A DNA stretch of 64,000 nucleotides from Mobula hypostoma (taxonomy: Eukaryota): contig NC_086098.1 of NCBI RefSeq assembly GCF_963921235.1, positions 7,192,001-7,256,000 of the forward strand, read 5' to 3'. A program made the translations under genes and the position numbers. Under the pieces are notes generated by a model, which did not search any database, was not told the DNA's origin, and saw nothing but the letters and a program-made list of their open reading frames with translations. Shown here piece by piece: positions 35,426-47,870 of this stretch; position 1 is the first letter of the stretch; each line of letters begins with the position of its first letter.

Positions 35426-35898
35426 TTAATGTGAAGCCAAGAACCATTCATCTGTCTTAACTTCGGAAAAAGGACGGTAAATTACCTGGTGTTTTGAATT
35501 ATACAGTAATATTGTTGGATTGCGAAGTTTGATTGCCATCATTATTTCCTTAGGTAGAGTCTATATTCAACAGGATGAAAAAATGTTATACGAAGGGAAG
35601 TCATGAAACTACTCAACTCAGACATAACTTTCCATTGTGACTTTGGTGCAGCCTGACATCGTGAAATCAGACAGATGGCAGTTATTGTCGGCATGTCAGG
35701 AAAAGGAAGAAAAGTCTTTCATCAAAATGTATAACCGCCAAAGACGTAATCACTACAGATACTCTCAATGGCCATTTTATTAGGTACACCTATACAACTG
35801 CCAATTAATGCAAATATCTAATCTGACGAGGATGGCTGTCGGCAGCTTTTCAAAGAAGCATACAGAGTTAATGTGATACCAAGAACTATTTATCAGGC

Positions 35899-36179
35899 AA
35901 ACACGAGGAAATCTGCAGATGATGAAAATTCAAGCAACACGCACAAAAAATGCTGGTGAACGCAGCAGGCCAGGCAGCACCTATAGGAAGAGGTACAGTC
36001 GACGTTTCGGGCCAAGACCCTTCATCAGGACTAACTGAAAGAAGAGATAGTAAGAGATTTCTTACTCTCTCCTCTATCTCTTACTATCTCTTCTTTCAGT
36101 TAGTCCTGACGAAGGGTCTCGGCCCAAAACGTCGACTGTACCTCTTCCTAGAGATGCTGCCTGGCCTGCTGCGTTTACC
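35899..36179. mobile_element. Palindromic mini-Penelope element
   Basis: Two inverted copies of the Penelope terminal repeat. 11-bp TSD atttatcaggc at 35888-35898 / 36180-36190. Confidence 0.85.
35997..36032 (-). ncRNA. Minimal hammerhead ribozyme motif (Penelope-type)
   Basis: Minus strand agtc-CTGATGA-a-gggtcttggccc-GAAAC-GTC-gact. All core nucleotides present. Confidence 0.75.
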
Positions 36180-36739
36180 ATTTATCAGGCTTAACTTCTG
36201 GAAATGGATGGGAAATGCATGTGGCAGCAACTCAATGCATAAAAGCATACAGACATAGTCAAGAGGTTCAGTCGTTTTTCAGATCAAACACCAGAATAGG
36301 GAAGAAGTGTGCTCTTCGTGACTTTGACAATGGAATGATTGTTCGTGCCAGACGGGGTGGTTTGAGTATCTTAGAAACTGTTGATCTCTTGGAATTTTCA
36401 GACACAACTATCTCTGGAGTTTACAGAGAATGGTGTGAAAAACAAAAAAAAATCCAGTCAGTGGCAGTTCGGTGGATGAAACACCTTGTTAATGAGAGAG
36501 GTCAGAGAAGAATGGCCAGACTGGTTCAAGCTGACTGGAAGGTGACAGTAACTCAAATAACCACGCATTGCACCAGTGTTGTGCAGAAGAGCATCCCTGA
36601 ACACACAACACATTGAACCATGAAATGGGTGGGCTACAGCAGCAGAAGACCATGAACATACACTCAATTGCCACTTTATCAGGTATCAGAAGAAGTGGCC
36701 ACCGAATATAAATGAAAAACAGATTCATCAAGTAATAAG

Positions 36740-37205
36740 AACAGGAGGTTCTGCAGATGCTGGAAATCCAGAGCAACAACACTGAATCCTGGAGGAACTC
36801 AGCAGGTCAGGCAGCATCTATGGAGGGGAATAAATAATTGATGTTTCCGGCTCAGAGCTTTCATCAGGACTGGAGAGGAAGGGGGCAGAAGCCAGAATAC
36901 AAAGGTCGAGGGAGGGGAGGTACATGCTGGCAGGTGAGAGATGAGACCCGGTGAGGGGGAAGGTGGGTAGGTGGGTGAAGGAGGGGGATGAAGGAAGAAG
37001 CTGTGAGGTGATAGGTGGAAGAGGTAAAGGGCTGAAGAAGAAAAGATCTGATAGGAGGGGAGAGTGGACCATGGGAGAAAGGGAAGGTGGTGGGGAGCCA
37101 AAGGGAGGTGATGGGCATGTGAGGAGAAGAGGAACTGTAAAAGGGGAGCCAGAAAGGAGAATGGAAAATAAGAGAAGGGGGAGAAATTACCAGAAGCTAG
37201 AGGAA
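36740..37205 (-). mobile_element. Penelope terminal repeat / 3' region, decayed
   Basis: Similar to 47871-48300 (gatgctggaaatcc...gcagcatctatgg...purine-rich tract...ttaccagaag). Confidence 0.7.
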
Positions 37206-37259
37206 TAAAAGTTGGTGCAGTAGGACATTCCTCTAGAGGTGGAATGGAGACAGGCTAAC

Positions 37260-37940
37260 CCCTGTTGACATCAATGGATCTGGAGTTGAGAGGGTGAACA
37301 GCGTTAAGTTCCTCGGCATACACATCACTGAGGATCTCACTTGGTCTGTACATACTGGCTGTGTGGTGAAAAAAGCACAACAGTGCCTCTTTCACCTCAG
37401 ATGATTGAAGAAGTTTGGTAGGGGCCCCCAAATCCTAAGAACTTTCTACAGGGGCACAATTGTGAGCATCCTGACTGGCTGCATCACTGCCTGGTATGGG
37501 AACTGTACTTCCCTCAATCGCAGGACTCTGCAGAGAGTGGTGCGGACAGCCCAGCACATCTGTAGATGTGAACTTCACACTATTCAGGACATTAACAGAG
37601 ACAGATGTGTAAAAAGGGCCCAAAGGATCATTGGGGATCTGAGTCACCCCAACCACAAACTGTTCCAGCTGCTACCATCCGGGAAATGGTACCGCAGCAT
37701 AAAAGCCAAGACCAATAGACTCTGGGGCAGCTTCTTCCACCAGGCCAACAGACTGATTTGATTTATGCTGATACAATTGTATTTCTATGCTATATTGACT
37801 GTCCTGTTGTACATACTACTTATTATAAATTACTATAAATTGCACATTGCACATTTAGACGGGGACATAATGTAATGATTTTTACTCCTCACGTATGTGA
37901 AGCATGTAAGTAATAAAGTCAGTTCAATTCTGTTCAATTC
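37260..37940 (+). mobile_element. Rex1/Babar-like LINE 3' fragment
   Basis: KFLGIHITEDLTW, FYRGTIVSILTGCITAWYG, LLPSGKWYRS; aataaagtc + (aattc)n tail. Confidence 0.85.
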
Positions 37941-37967
37941 AGTTTAGAGGTTACTCGGACTGGTGAC

Positions 37968-38148
37968 GCATAGAAAATAGAGACATAGAAACATAGAAAA
38001 TAGGTGCAGGAGTAGGCCATTCGGCCCTTCGAGCCTGCACTGCCATTCAGTATGATCATGGCTGATCATCCAACTCAGAACCCTGTACCAGCCTTCCCTC
38101 CATACCCTCTGATCCCTTTAACCACAAGGGCCATATCTAACTCCCTCC
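37968..38148 (-). mobile_element. Very short 3' fragment of the young CR1 subfamily
   Basis: Nearly identical to 15810-15975. Confidence 0.85.
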
Positions 38149-38819
38149 CAAAATGTTGGAGGAACTCAGCTGGTCAGACGGCATCTATGGAAAGGAATAA
38201 AATGTCGATGATTCAGGCCCAATGCAAGGTATCAGGTTGAAACTTCGACTGTTTATTCCTCTCCATGGATGCTGCCGGACCTGCTGAGTTCATCCAGCAT
38301 TTTGTATGTGTTACTCTAGGTTTCCCGGATCTACAGAATCTCTTGTGTTTAACTATAATGTAGCTTTTGTCCTTCCTTCCTGAGATCAAGTACTTAAAAA
38401 AAACTTCAGCAGCTCGTCACTATGGAGGCACACTGCTGGCCTGAATGGCAAAGGAAAACATCAGAGTATAATTATTCATTAAGCCCCTGGGGCACTGTAC
38501 TGCCGTCTAAAAGGGAAGTTCAGCAAGGAGACAAGTGCTAGCCTTTGAAGCAACAAACCCAGGCGAGATGTGAAACTTCTGGGAGGAAATTGTTTAGAAC
38601 TGATACCTTTGAGAATAAATACCAGTAGATAAGACACTGAATAGGAATATAAATAAGAAATTTTGGGGGAAAAAGAAAATTGAATACGTTCAAAGCTGAA
38701 AGCACAGAGACATAGGGAAAGTAATGATTTGAAGGGAGAGTAGGTTGTATCAGAATCAGGTTTGCTTTCACTGACCTCTATCGTGAAAGTTGTTGTTCTG
38801 TGGCAACAGTACGGTGAAG

Positions 38820-39400
38820 GCCTCCATTGCTCGAGATCGACCATGGATGCTCCATCTCAGCTGTCTACATGATACACAAGCCAGGGCAGTACAATATGGA
38901 GAGCAAGACAGCAGGCTCCCTCTCTCCAGCAGCTGATGAAGAAATGGCGGAGACCCATAGAGTTTGGCTCCAGCGGTGTCTCTGGAGCTGCCAGTCAACG
39001 TTAAAATCAACATAGGACTGCTTTAGAGACTTCAATTCTGGATTTGTCCTAGGATTTTTCCTAGGACTTTACTCCTGAAGCTTTCCCCATGCGTGGGTAC
39101 AGCTGCAAGGCAGTAGCAGTTTGAATCAGAGTTTTCCTTCTCCTAGATGAGCTACCAACCACAGCTGATCAGCCCCATCTGCTCGACGTGTCTAGTTTTA
39201 AGGTGCCAGCAACCCACCTTTGCCCCTTCTCCTGTCAGAAGAAACGGTTCTGCTGGGCTTAGTAGCTAAGCCACACATGAAGGCCAGCGGCTGAACTTGG
39301 TTGTCAGAGGCTATTTGAGACACCTTTGAGAGCATTTAATAGGTAGTGAGAGCTCATCCCCACTAACCATTCCCAGATTTGACAACCTTGAGGAACCAAC
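38820..39400. mobile_element. Non-autonomous dispersed repeat, same family as 22060-23500
   Basis: Colinear similarity (gaccatggat, aagccagggcagtac, gttttccttctcctagatgagct). Confidence 0.7.
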
Positions 39401-40169
39401 AGTGCAATACCAAAACAATTACAATAATTCAGAGAAAGAAACAAAAGAGTATTGCAAAAAGTGAGGGTTTGTTCATGAACCACTCATAAATCTGATAGCA
39501 GAGGGGAAGAAGCTGTTTCAAAAACATTGAGTGTGTGTCTTCAGTCTCCGGTACTTTCTCCTTGACATGAATAATGAACCTCTGATTTTGAGGCTTAAAA
39601 TAAGCAAACTGTACTGAAGGTATAAAGCAAAGTGCAATTAAAATGAGGCACACTAATATTCATTGGAATCTAAGACTGTTATTGCACAGAGAAAATAATT
39701 GCTGTGATTAGGGTAGAGGTTGTTATAATAATATGAGATCATTTCTCTCACAGCTTCAGGATCTCATTTAGGTTATTATGATAATTAGCATGAAGATTAG
39801 TCAGACACAGGTTTACAAGAACTAGCTTTTAAAAAGTGCTCTAATATGACATTGCCAAATATTGAGCTGTGGAGGGTCCACTTAACTGGAGAGATATAGT
39901 GAGAGCACTTGGAATTCAGCAGATCTTCTGGAAAAGTGATGAAAATGCACAGCAAGCTCATCATAGCTGCTCAAGCAACACACACAAAATGCTGGAGAAA
40001 CTTTCAGCAGGTCGGGCAGCATCTATGGAAATAAACAAACAGTCCACGTTGCTGCCAGGAACTGTCTTCGGGACGAGAAAGGAAGGGGAAAGAATCCAGA
40101 ATAAGGTGGGGGCAGGGCAGTGGAAGGAGATAGGTGAAGCCAGTGGATGATGGGGTGGGGTAATAAAGT

Positions 40170-42465
40170 AACATAGAAACATAGAAAACTTACTACAGGC
40201 CCTTTGGCCCACAATACTGTGCTGAACAGGTACTTACTTTAGAGATTACCTCGGGTTACCCAAAGGCCTCTATTTTTCTATGCTCCATGTACCTATCCAA
40301 GAGTCTCTTAAAAGACCATATCGTATCCGCCTCCACCACTGTTGCTGTCAGCCCATTCCACACACTCACCACTCTCTGCGTAAAAAATATACCCCTGACA
40401 TCTCCTCTGTACCTACTTCCAAGCACCTTAAAACTGTGCCCTCTCGTGTTAGTCATTTCAACATGCTCCCCAATCCAGGCAACGTCCTTGTAAAACTGCT
40501 CTGCACCCTTTCTATAGTTTCCACATCCTTTCTGTAGTGAGGTGACCATAAATGAGCACGGTACTCCAAGTGGGGTCTGACCAGGGTCCTTTGTAGCTGT
40601 AACATTACCTCTCAGCTCTTGAACACAGACCCACAGACGATGAAGGCCAATAGACCATATGCCTTCTTAACCACCGAGTCAACCTGCACAACAGCTTTGA
40701 GTATCCTATGGACTCGGACCCCAAGATCCCTCTGATCCTCCACACTGCCAAGAGTCTTACCATTAATACTATATTCTGCCATCGTATTTGACCTACCAAA
40801 ATGAACCACCTCACACTTATCTGGGTTGAACTCCATCTACCACTTCTAAGCCCAGTTTTGCCTCCTGTCAATGTTCCCCTGTAACCTCTGACAGCCCTCC
40901 ACACTATCCACAACACCCCCAACCCTTGTGTCATCAGCAAATTTACTAACCCATCCCTCCACTTCCTCATCCAGGTCACTTATAAAAATCACAAAGAGTA
41001 GGGGTCCCAGAACAGATCATTGAGTCACACCACTGGTGACCGGCCTCCAAGCAAGATATGACCCGTCTACAACCACTCTTTGCCTTCTGTGGGCAGGCCA
41101 GTTCTGGATCCACAAAGCAATGTCCCCTTGGATCCCATGCCTCCTTACTTTCTCAATATGCGTTGCATGGGGTACCTTATCAAATGCCTTGCTGAAATCC
41201 ATATACACTACACCTACTATTCAACCTTCATCAATATGTTTAGTCACATTAACAAAATATTCAGTCAGGCTCGTAAGGCATGACCTGCCCTTGACAAAGC
41301 AATGCTTCCTATTCCTAATCATATTATCCCTCTCCAAATGTTCATAAATCCTGTTCCTCAGGATCTTCTCCATGAACTTACCAACCACTGAAATAAGGCT
41401 CACTGGTCTATAATTTCCTGGCCTATCTCTACTCCCTTTTTTGAATACGGGAACAACATTTGCAACCTTCCAATCCTCCGGAACCTCTCCTGTCCCCATT
41501 GATGATACAAAGATCATTGCCAGAGAGTCAGCAATCTCCTCCCTCGCCTCCCACAGAAGCCTGGGGTATATCTTGTCCGGTCCTGGTGACTTATCCAACT
41601 TGATGCTTTCCAACAGCTCCAGCACATCCTCTTTCTTAATGTCTATATGCTCAAGCTTTTCAGTCCATTGTAAGTCATCCCTACAATCACCAAGGTCCCT
41701 TTCTGTAGTGAATACTGAAGCAAACTACTCATTAAGTACCTCTACTACCTCCTCCGGTTCCATACACACTTTTCGACTGTCACACTTGTTTGATCCTATT
41801 CTCTCACGTCTTATCCTCTTGCTCTTCACGTACTTGTAGAATGCCTTGGGGTTTTTCTTAATCCTGCTCACCAAGGCCTTCTGATGGCCCCTTCTGGCTC
41901 TCCTAATTTCATTCTTAAACTCTTTCCTGCCACCCTTATAAATGTCTAGATTTCTATCATTACCTAGTTTTTCGAATTTTTGTGAGCTTTTCTTCTTGAC
42001 TAGATTTTCAACAGCCTTTGTGCACCATGGTTCTTGTATTCTACCATCCTTTCCCTGTCTCATTGGAACATACCTGTGCAGAACACCACACAAATATCCC
42101 CTGAACATTTGCCACATTTCTGCCGTACATTTCCCCGAGAACATCTGCTCCCAGTTTATGCTTCTAGGTTCCTGCCTGATAGCTTCATATTTCCCCTTAC
42201 TCCAATTAAACGTTTTCCTGACTTGTCCGCTCCTATCCCTCTCCAACTCCATGGTAAATGAGATAGAACTGTGATCACTATCTCAAAACTGCTCTCCTAC
42301 TGAGAGACCTGACACCTGACCAGGTTCATTTCCCAACACCAGATCGAGTACAGCCTCTCCTCTTGTAGACTTATCTACATATTGTGTCAGGAAACCTTCC
42401 TGAACACACCTAACAAACCCCACCCCATCTAGACCCCTTGCTCTATGGAGATGCCAATCAATATT
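40170..42465 (-). mobile_element. CR1 ORF2 remnant with deletions
   Basis: LDLVLGNEPGQV, KSPGPDKIYPRLL, DFSKAFDKV motifs in several frames; (catagaaa)n tail at ~40170. Confidence 0.88.
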
Positions 42466-42869
42466 ATAAGAAGCTGGGTGGTGATAGGTGGATAAGGTAA
42501 AGGGCTGAAGAAGGAGGAATCTGATAAGAGAGGGAAGTGGATCATGGGTAAAAGGGAAGGAGGAGGAACACCAGGTGTGATAGGCAGGTGACAAGAAGAG
42601 ATGAGTGGGGCCAGAGTAGGGAATTGAAGATGAGGGAAGCAGGGAGGGGAAAAAGATCACCAGAATTTGGAGAAATTGATGTTCATGCCTTCAGGTTGGA
42701 GACTATCCAGACAGAATATGAGGTGTCTAACTGAAGAGTGGCCTCTTCACAGCTGCTAAACAGTCGTCACACTAGTCTCTTTCTGTCAATACTTGGGAGC
42801 AGCCCAGGCTCATGAACTTTGTTTTCCATATCAGTTCTTGTGCAAATATTAACCAATCATTCATTTTTT

Positions 42870-43130
42870 TCTATGCTATGATGCTTGAATGCTCCCATGG
42901 ACAGTTTGAAACCTGGCTGCAAAAGGGGGAGGTTTGGGCATAGGGCTAGCAACCCTATCCCGTAAAAGCACAGAACTACTGTAATGCCAACAGAAGTCCT
43001 CTTCACTGGGAGATGAAGTCATGGGGTGAAAGCAGAAACCACAGAGCCAATCAATCAGAGGCCTGTGATGAGGAGCTCTCGGTGGCCTATACCCCAGTAG
43101 GGGTTATGTTCTTAGAAAGAAGAAGAATAA
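42870..43130 (+). mobile_element. Miniature RTE-derived element
   Basis: RTE-type leader hairpin gggcatagggctagcaaccctatcccgtaaaa; 3' end ggtggcctataccccagtagggg plus (aga)n tail. Confidence 0.55.
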
Positions 43131-43177
43131 GTATAAACACCAGAGATTCTACAGATGCTGGAAATCTAGAGCAATGC

Positions 43178-46100
43178 CATAAGACCATCAGATATAGGAG
43201 CAGAATTAGGTCATTTGGCTCATCAGGCCTGCTCTGCCATTTCATCATGGCTGATCCAATTTTCTTCTCAGTCCAAATCTCCTGCCTTCTCCCCATATCC
43301 CTTCATGCCCTGACCAATCAAGAATCTATACACATCTGCCTTAAATATACATAAACACTTGGCCTTCACAGCTCCACAGATTCACCACTCTCTGGCTAAA
43401 GAAATTCTTCCTCATCTCCATTCTAAAAGGACGCCCTTTCTTCTGAGGGTGTGTCCACTGGTCTTAGACTCTCCCATCATAGGAAATATCCTCTTCACAT
43501 CCACTCTATCAAGTCCTTTCACCATTTGATAGGTTTCAATGAGGTCACCCCACATTCTTTTGAATTCTCATGAGTAGAGGCCCAGAGCCGTCAAACACTC
43601 TTCATATAACAAGCCATTCAATCCTGAAATCATCATTGTGAACTTCCTTTGAACACTCTCCAGTTCCAGCACATCCTTTCTAAGGGGCCCAAGACTGCTC
43701 ACAATACTCCAAGTGAGGCCTCACCAGTGCTTTATAAAGTTTCAACTTTAAATCCGTGCTTTTATATTCTAGTCCTCTTGAGATGAATGCTAACATTGCA
43801 TTTGCCTTCCTCATCACAACTCAACCTGCAACTTAACCTTTGAGGAATCCTGCTCAAGGACTCCAAGTCCTTTTGTACCTCAGTTTTTTGTAATTTTTCT
43901 CGATTTAGAAAACAATCAACCCTTTCATTTTTTTCTACCAAAGTACATGACCGAACATTTCCCAACACTGTATTCCACCTACCATTTCTTTGCCTGTTCT
44001 CCTAATCTACCTAAGCCCTTCTGTAGCCTTTACTTCCTAAAAACTACCTGCCCCTCCACCTATCTTCATATCATCTGCAAACCTTGCAACAAAGCCATCA
44101 ATTCCATCATCAAATAATTGACATATAACGTGAAAAGAATTGGTCCCAACACAGACCCCTGTGGAACACCACTCATCACCAGCAGCCAGTCAGAAAAAGC
44201 TCACTTTATTCCCACTCTTTGCCTCCTGCTAATCAGCCACTGCTTTATCCATGTTAGAATCTTTCCATCAAAACCGTGGGTTTGTTGCTTGTTAAGCAGC
44301 CTCATTTGCGGCACCTTGTCAAAAGCCTTCTGAACATCCAAGTGCAGAACATCAACTGATTCTCCTTTATCTATCCAGCAGGTTACTTCTTCAAAGACTT
44401 CCAACAGATTTATCAAGCAATATTTTCCCTTGAGGAAACCATACTGACTATGGCCAATTTTATCCCATGCCTCCAAGTGCTCCGAGACCTCATCCTTAAT
44501 AATCGATTCCAGATCTTCCCAACCATTGAGGTCCGACTAAATGGACTATAGTTTCCTTTCTCACATCTCTCCCTTCTTGAAGAGTCTTCTGGAACCATTC
44601 CAGAGTATAATGATTCTTGAAAGATCATTACTAATGCCTCCACGATCTCTTCCGCCACCTCTTTCAGAACTCCGGGTGTACACCATCTGGTCCAGGTAAC
44701 TTATCTAACTTCAGACCTTTTGGTTTTCCAAGAACCTTCTCTCTAGAACCATAGAACCATAGAAACTACAGCACAGAAACAGGCCCTTTGGCCCTTCTTG
44801 GCTGTGCCGAACCATTTTCTGCCTAGTCCCACTGACCTGCACACGGACCATATCCCTCCATACACCTCCCATCCATGTATCTGTCCAATTTATTCTTAAA
44901 TGTTAAGAAAGAACCCGCATTTACCACCTCGTCTGGCAGCTCATTCCATACTCCCACCACTCTCTGTGTGAAGAAGCCCCCCCTAATGTTCCCTTTAAAC
45001 TTTTCCTCCCTCACCCTTAACCCATGTCCTCTGGTTTTTTTCTCACATTGCCTCAGTGGAAAAAGCCTGCTTGCATTCACTCTATCTATACCCATCATAA
45101 TTTTATATACCTCTATCAAATCTCCCCTCATTCTTCTACGCTCCAGGAAATAAAGTCCTAAACTATTCAACCTTTCTCTGTAACTGAGTTTCTCAAGTCC
45201 CGGCAACATCCTTGTAAACCTTCTCTGCACTCTTTCAGCCTTATTTATATCCTTCCTGTAATTTGGTGACCAAAACTGAACACAATACTCCAGATTCAGC
45301 CTCACCAATGCCTTATACAACCTCATCATAACATTCCAGCTCTTATACTCAATACTTCGATTAATAAAGGCCAATGTACCAAAAGCTCTCTTTACGACCC
45401 TATCTACCTGTGACGACACTTTTAGGGAATTTTGTATCTGTATTCCCAGATCCCTCTGTTCCACTGCACTCCTCAGTGCCTTACCATTAACCCTGTATGT
45501 TCTACGTTGGTTTGTCCTTCCAACGTGCAATACCTCACACTTGTCAGTATTAAACGCTATCTGCCATTTTTCAGCCCATTTTTCCAGATGGTCCAAGTCC
45601 CTCTGCAGGCTCTGAAAACCTTCCTCACTGTCTACTACACCTCCAATCTTTGTATCATCAGCAAACTTGCTGATCCAATTTACCACATTATCATCCAGAT
45701 CATTGATATAGATGACAAATAACAATGGACCCAGCACTGATCCCTGTGGCACACCACTAGTCACAGGCCTCCACTCAGAGAAGCAATTCTCTACCACCAC
45801 TCTCTGGCTTCTTCCATCGCGCCAATGGCTAATCCAATTTACCATCTCTCCATGTATGCCTAGCGACTGAATTTTCCTAACTAACCTCCCATGTGGGACT
45901 TTGTCAAAGGCCTTACTGAAGTCCATGTAGACAATATCCATTGCCTTCCCTTCATCCACTTTTCTGGTAACCTCCTCGAAAAATTCCAACAGATTGGTCA
46001 AACATGACCTACCACGCACAAAGCCATGTTGACCCTCCCTAATAAGCCCCTGTCTATCCAAATGCTTGTAGATTCTGTCTCTTAGTACTCCCTTCAATAA

Positions 46101-46765
46101 CTTACCTACTACTGACGTTAAACTCACCAGCCTATAACTTCCCGGATTACTTTTTGATCCTTTTTTAAACAACGGAACAACATGAGCCACTCTCCAATCC
46201 TCCGGCACTTCACCCGTAGACAGTGACATTTTAAATATTTCTGCCAGGGCCCCCGCAATTTCAACACTAGTCTCTTTCAAGGTCTGAGGGAACACTCTGT
46301 CGGGTCCCGGGAATTTATCCACTTTAATTTTCCTCAAGGCAGCAAGCACCTCCTCCTTTTCAATCTGTACATTTTCCATGGTCTCACTACTTGATTCCCT
46401 CAATTCCATAGATTTCATGCCAGCTTCCTTAGTAAATACAGACACAAAAAACCTATTTAAGATCTCCCCCATTTCCTTTGGTTCCGCACAAAGCCGACCA
46501 CTCTGATCTTCAAGAGGACCAATTTTATCCCTTACAATCCTTTTGCTCTTAATATACTTGTAAAAGTATATTAGTAATGGTAACTTCATACACTTCATGC
46601 CTGCTGACACCTGGAACTCCCACCATACTGCTAGTGTCTTCCACTGCAAAAACTGATGCAAAATACTTATTCAGTTTGTCTGCTATTTATTTCATTGTCC
46701 CCCATTACTACCTCTCCAGCATGGTCCAACATCGACTCTCACCTCTCCTTTACACCTCATGTATC
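43178..46765 (-). mobile_element. Old CR1 (43178-44745 plus ~46572-46765) split by a younger CR1
   Basis: The two parts rejoin as accttctctctagtaatggtaacttc, homologous to the plus-strand copy at ~25300-25335. Confidence 0.8.
44746..46570 (-). mobile_element. Young 5'-truncated CR1 with an uninterrupted RT frame
   Basis: ORF 44823-46661 is open across the whole insert (QGSVLGP, FADDTK); (accataga)n tail. Confidence 0.92.
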
Positions 46766-47493
46766 TGAAGAAGGACATACAAAATGCTGAAGGAACTCAG
46801 AAGGTCAGGCAGCATCTGTGGAAATAAAATAAACAGTGAATTTTAGGCTAGACCTTTCTTCAGGACTGAAGAAGAATTATGCTTGCTTCAGATCAGCAGG
46901 TTTAAGTCTACTAAAAAACTTTGATGTATCAGATAAATCCCATCAAGACTTATCCTGCTTGCAATCAACTTTTAAAGATTGTTCCATTTTGCTATTATGT
47001 TGATCTTTTTGAGGTGTTTGTGGCTACAAGGGTACTCTATCTGTTTCTAGCACATCTTAGTATTCTATTGGGTAGAGAGCAGAAATGAACCTGTCAGACT
47101 ATTGAACCTCATGGGAAAGACAGGCAAAGAGGAAACAAGGTGCTATTTTTAGTCAGTAGGGACGTGTGAAATATTGACTCCGTCTCGAAAGACTGCACTG
47201 CCGGTGAGTGAAAGCATTGTCGATAGCTGTGCAGAGCATCAGAAGAGGCGTTTGCATTGGATATTTGAGGAGGAAAGACTCAGGTTCAAGTACAACATGA
47301 ATTCAATCAAATAAAATGTCTAGATTTTGCACATAATATCTACTCAGCTGAAATATTAGCAACCTGATAGATGTTTTGGTTCCAAAGTAATTCGACAGCT
47401 TTATAAGGCACAGGTGAGGCTTCACTTGAAATATTGTGAGCAGATTTGGGCCCCTTACCTAACAAATGTTCAAAAGAGGTTCATGAAAATGAT

Positions 47494-47710
47494 AACACGA
47501 GGAATTCTGCAGATGCTGGAAATTCAAACAACACACATCAAAGTTGCCGGTGAATGCAGCAGGCCAGGCAGCATCTCTAGGAAGAGGTACAGTCGACGTT
47601 TCGGGCCGAGACCCTTCGTCAGGACTTCGTCTCGGCCCGAAACGTCGACTGTACCTCTTCCTAGAGATGCGGCCTGGCCTGCTGCGTTCACCAGCAACTT
47701 TGATGAGTGT
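47494..47710. mobile_element. Palindromic mini-Penelope element
   Basis: ~82-bp inverted arms (47531-47612 / 47629-47710). 14-bp TSD ttcatgaaaatgat at 47480-47493 / 47711-47724. Confidence 0.88.
47591..47626 (-). ncRNA. Minimal hammerhead ribozyme motif (Penelope-type)
   Basis: Minus strand agtc-CTGACGA-a-gggtctcggccc-GAAAC-GTC-gact. Confidence 0.78.
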
Positions 47711-47870
47711 TTCATGAAAATGATTCCGGGATAGGAAGGCTTATCACATGAGAAGTGTTTGATGGCTCTGGGCCTGTACTCACTGGAATTCTGAAAAATG
47801 AGGGGGCAGGGGGGCGGATCTCATTGAAATGTATTGAATGTAGATTGGATGAGGAGAGGATGTTTCCTAT

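Larger units (their letters stand above)
35760..36710 (+). mobile_element. Tc1-like derivative, with an unrelated insert at ~35825-36213
   Basis: Degenerate TIRs at both ends. ORF 36215-36616 contains DFDNGMIVRARRGGLSILETVDLLEFS...RGQRRMARLV. Confidence 0.8.

Noticed and set aside
47153..47203. Plus-strand exon-like segment (tttttag|...ccg|gtgagt)
   Set aside because: Isolated, the short peptide is unrecognised, and no partner exons were found. It illustrates the chance rate of such signals.
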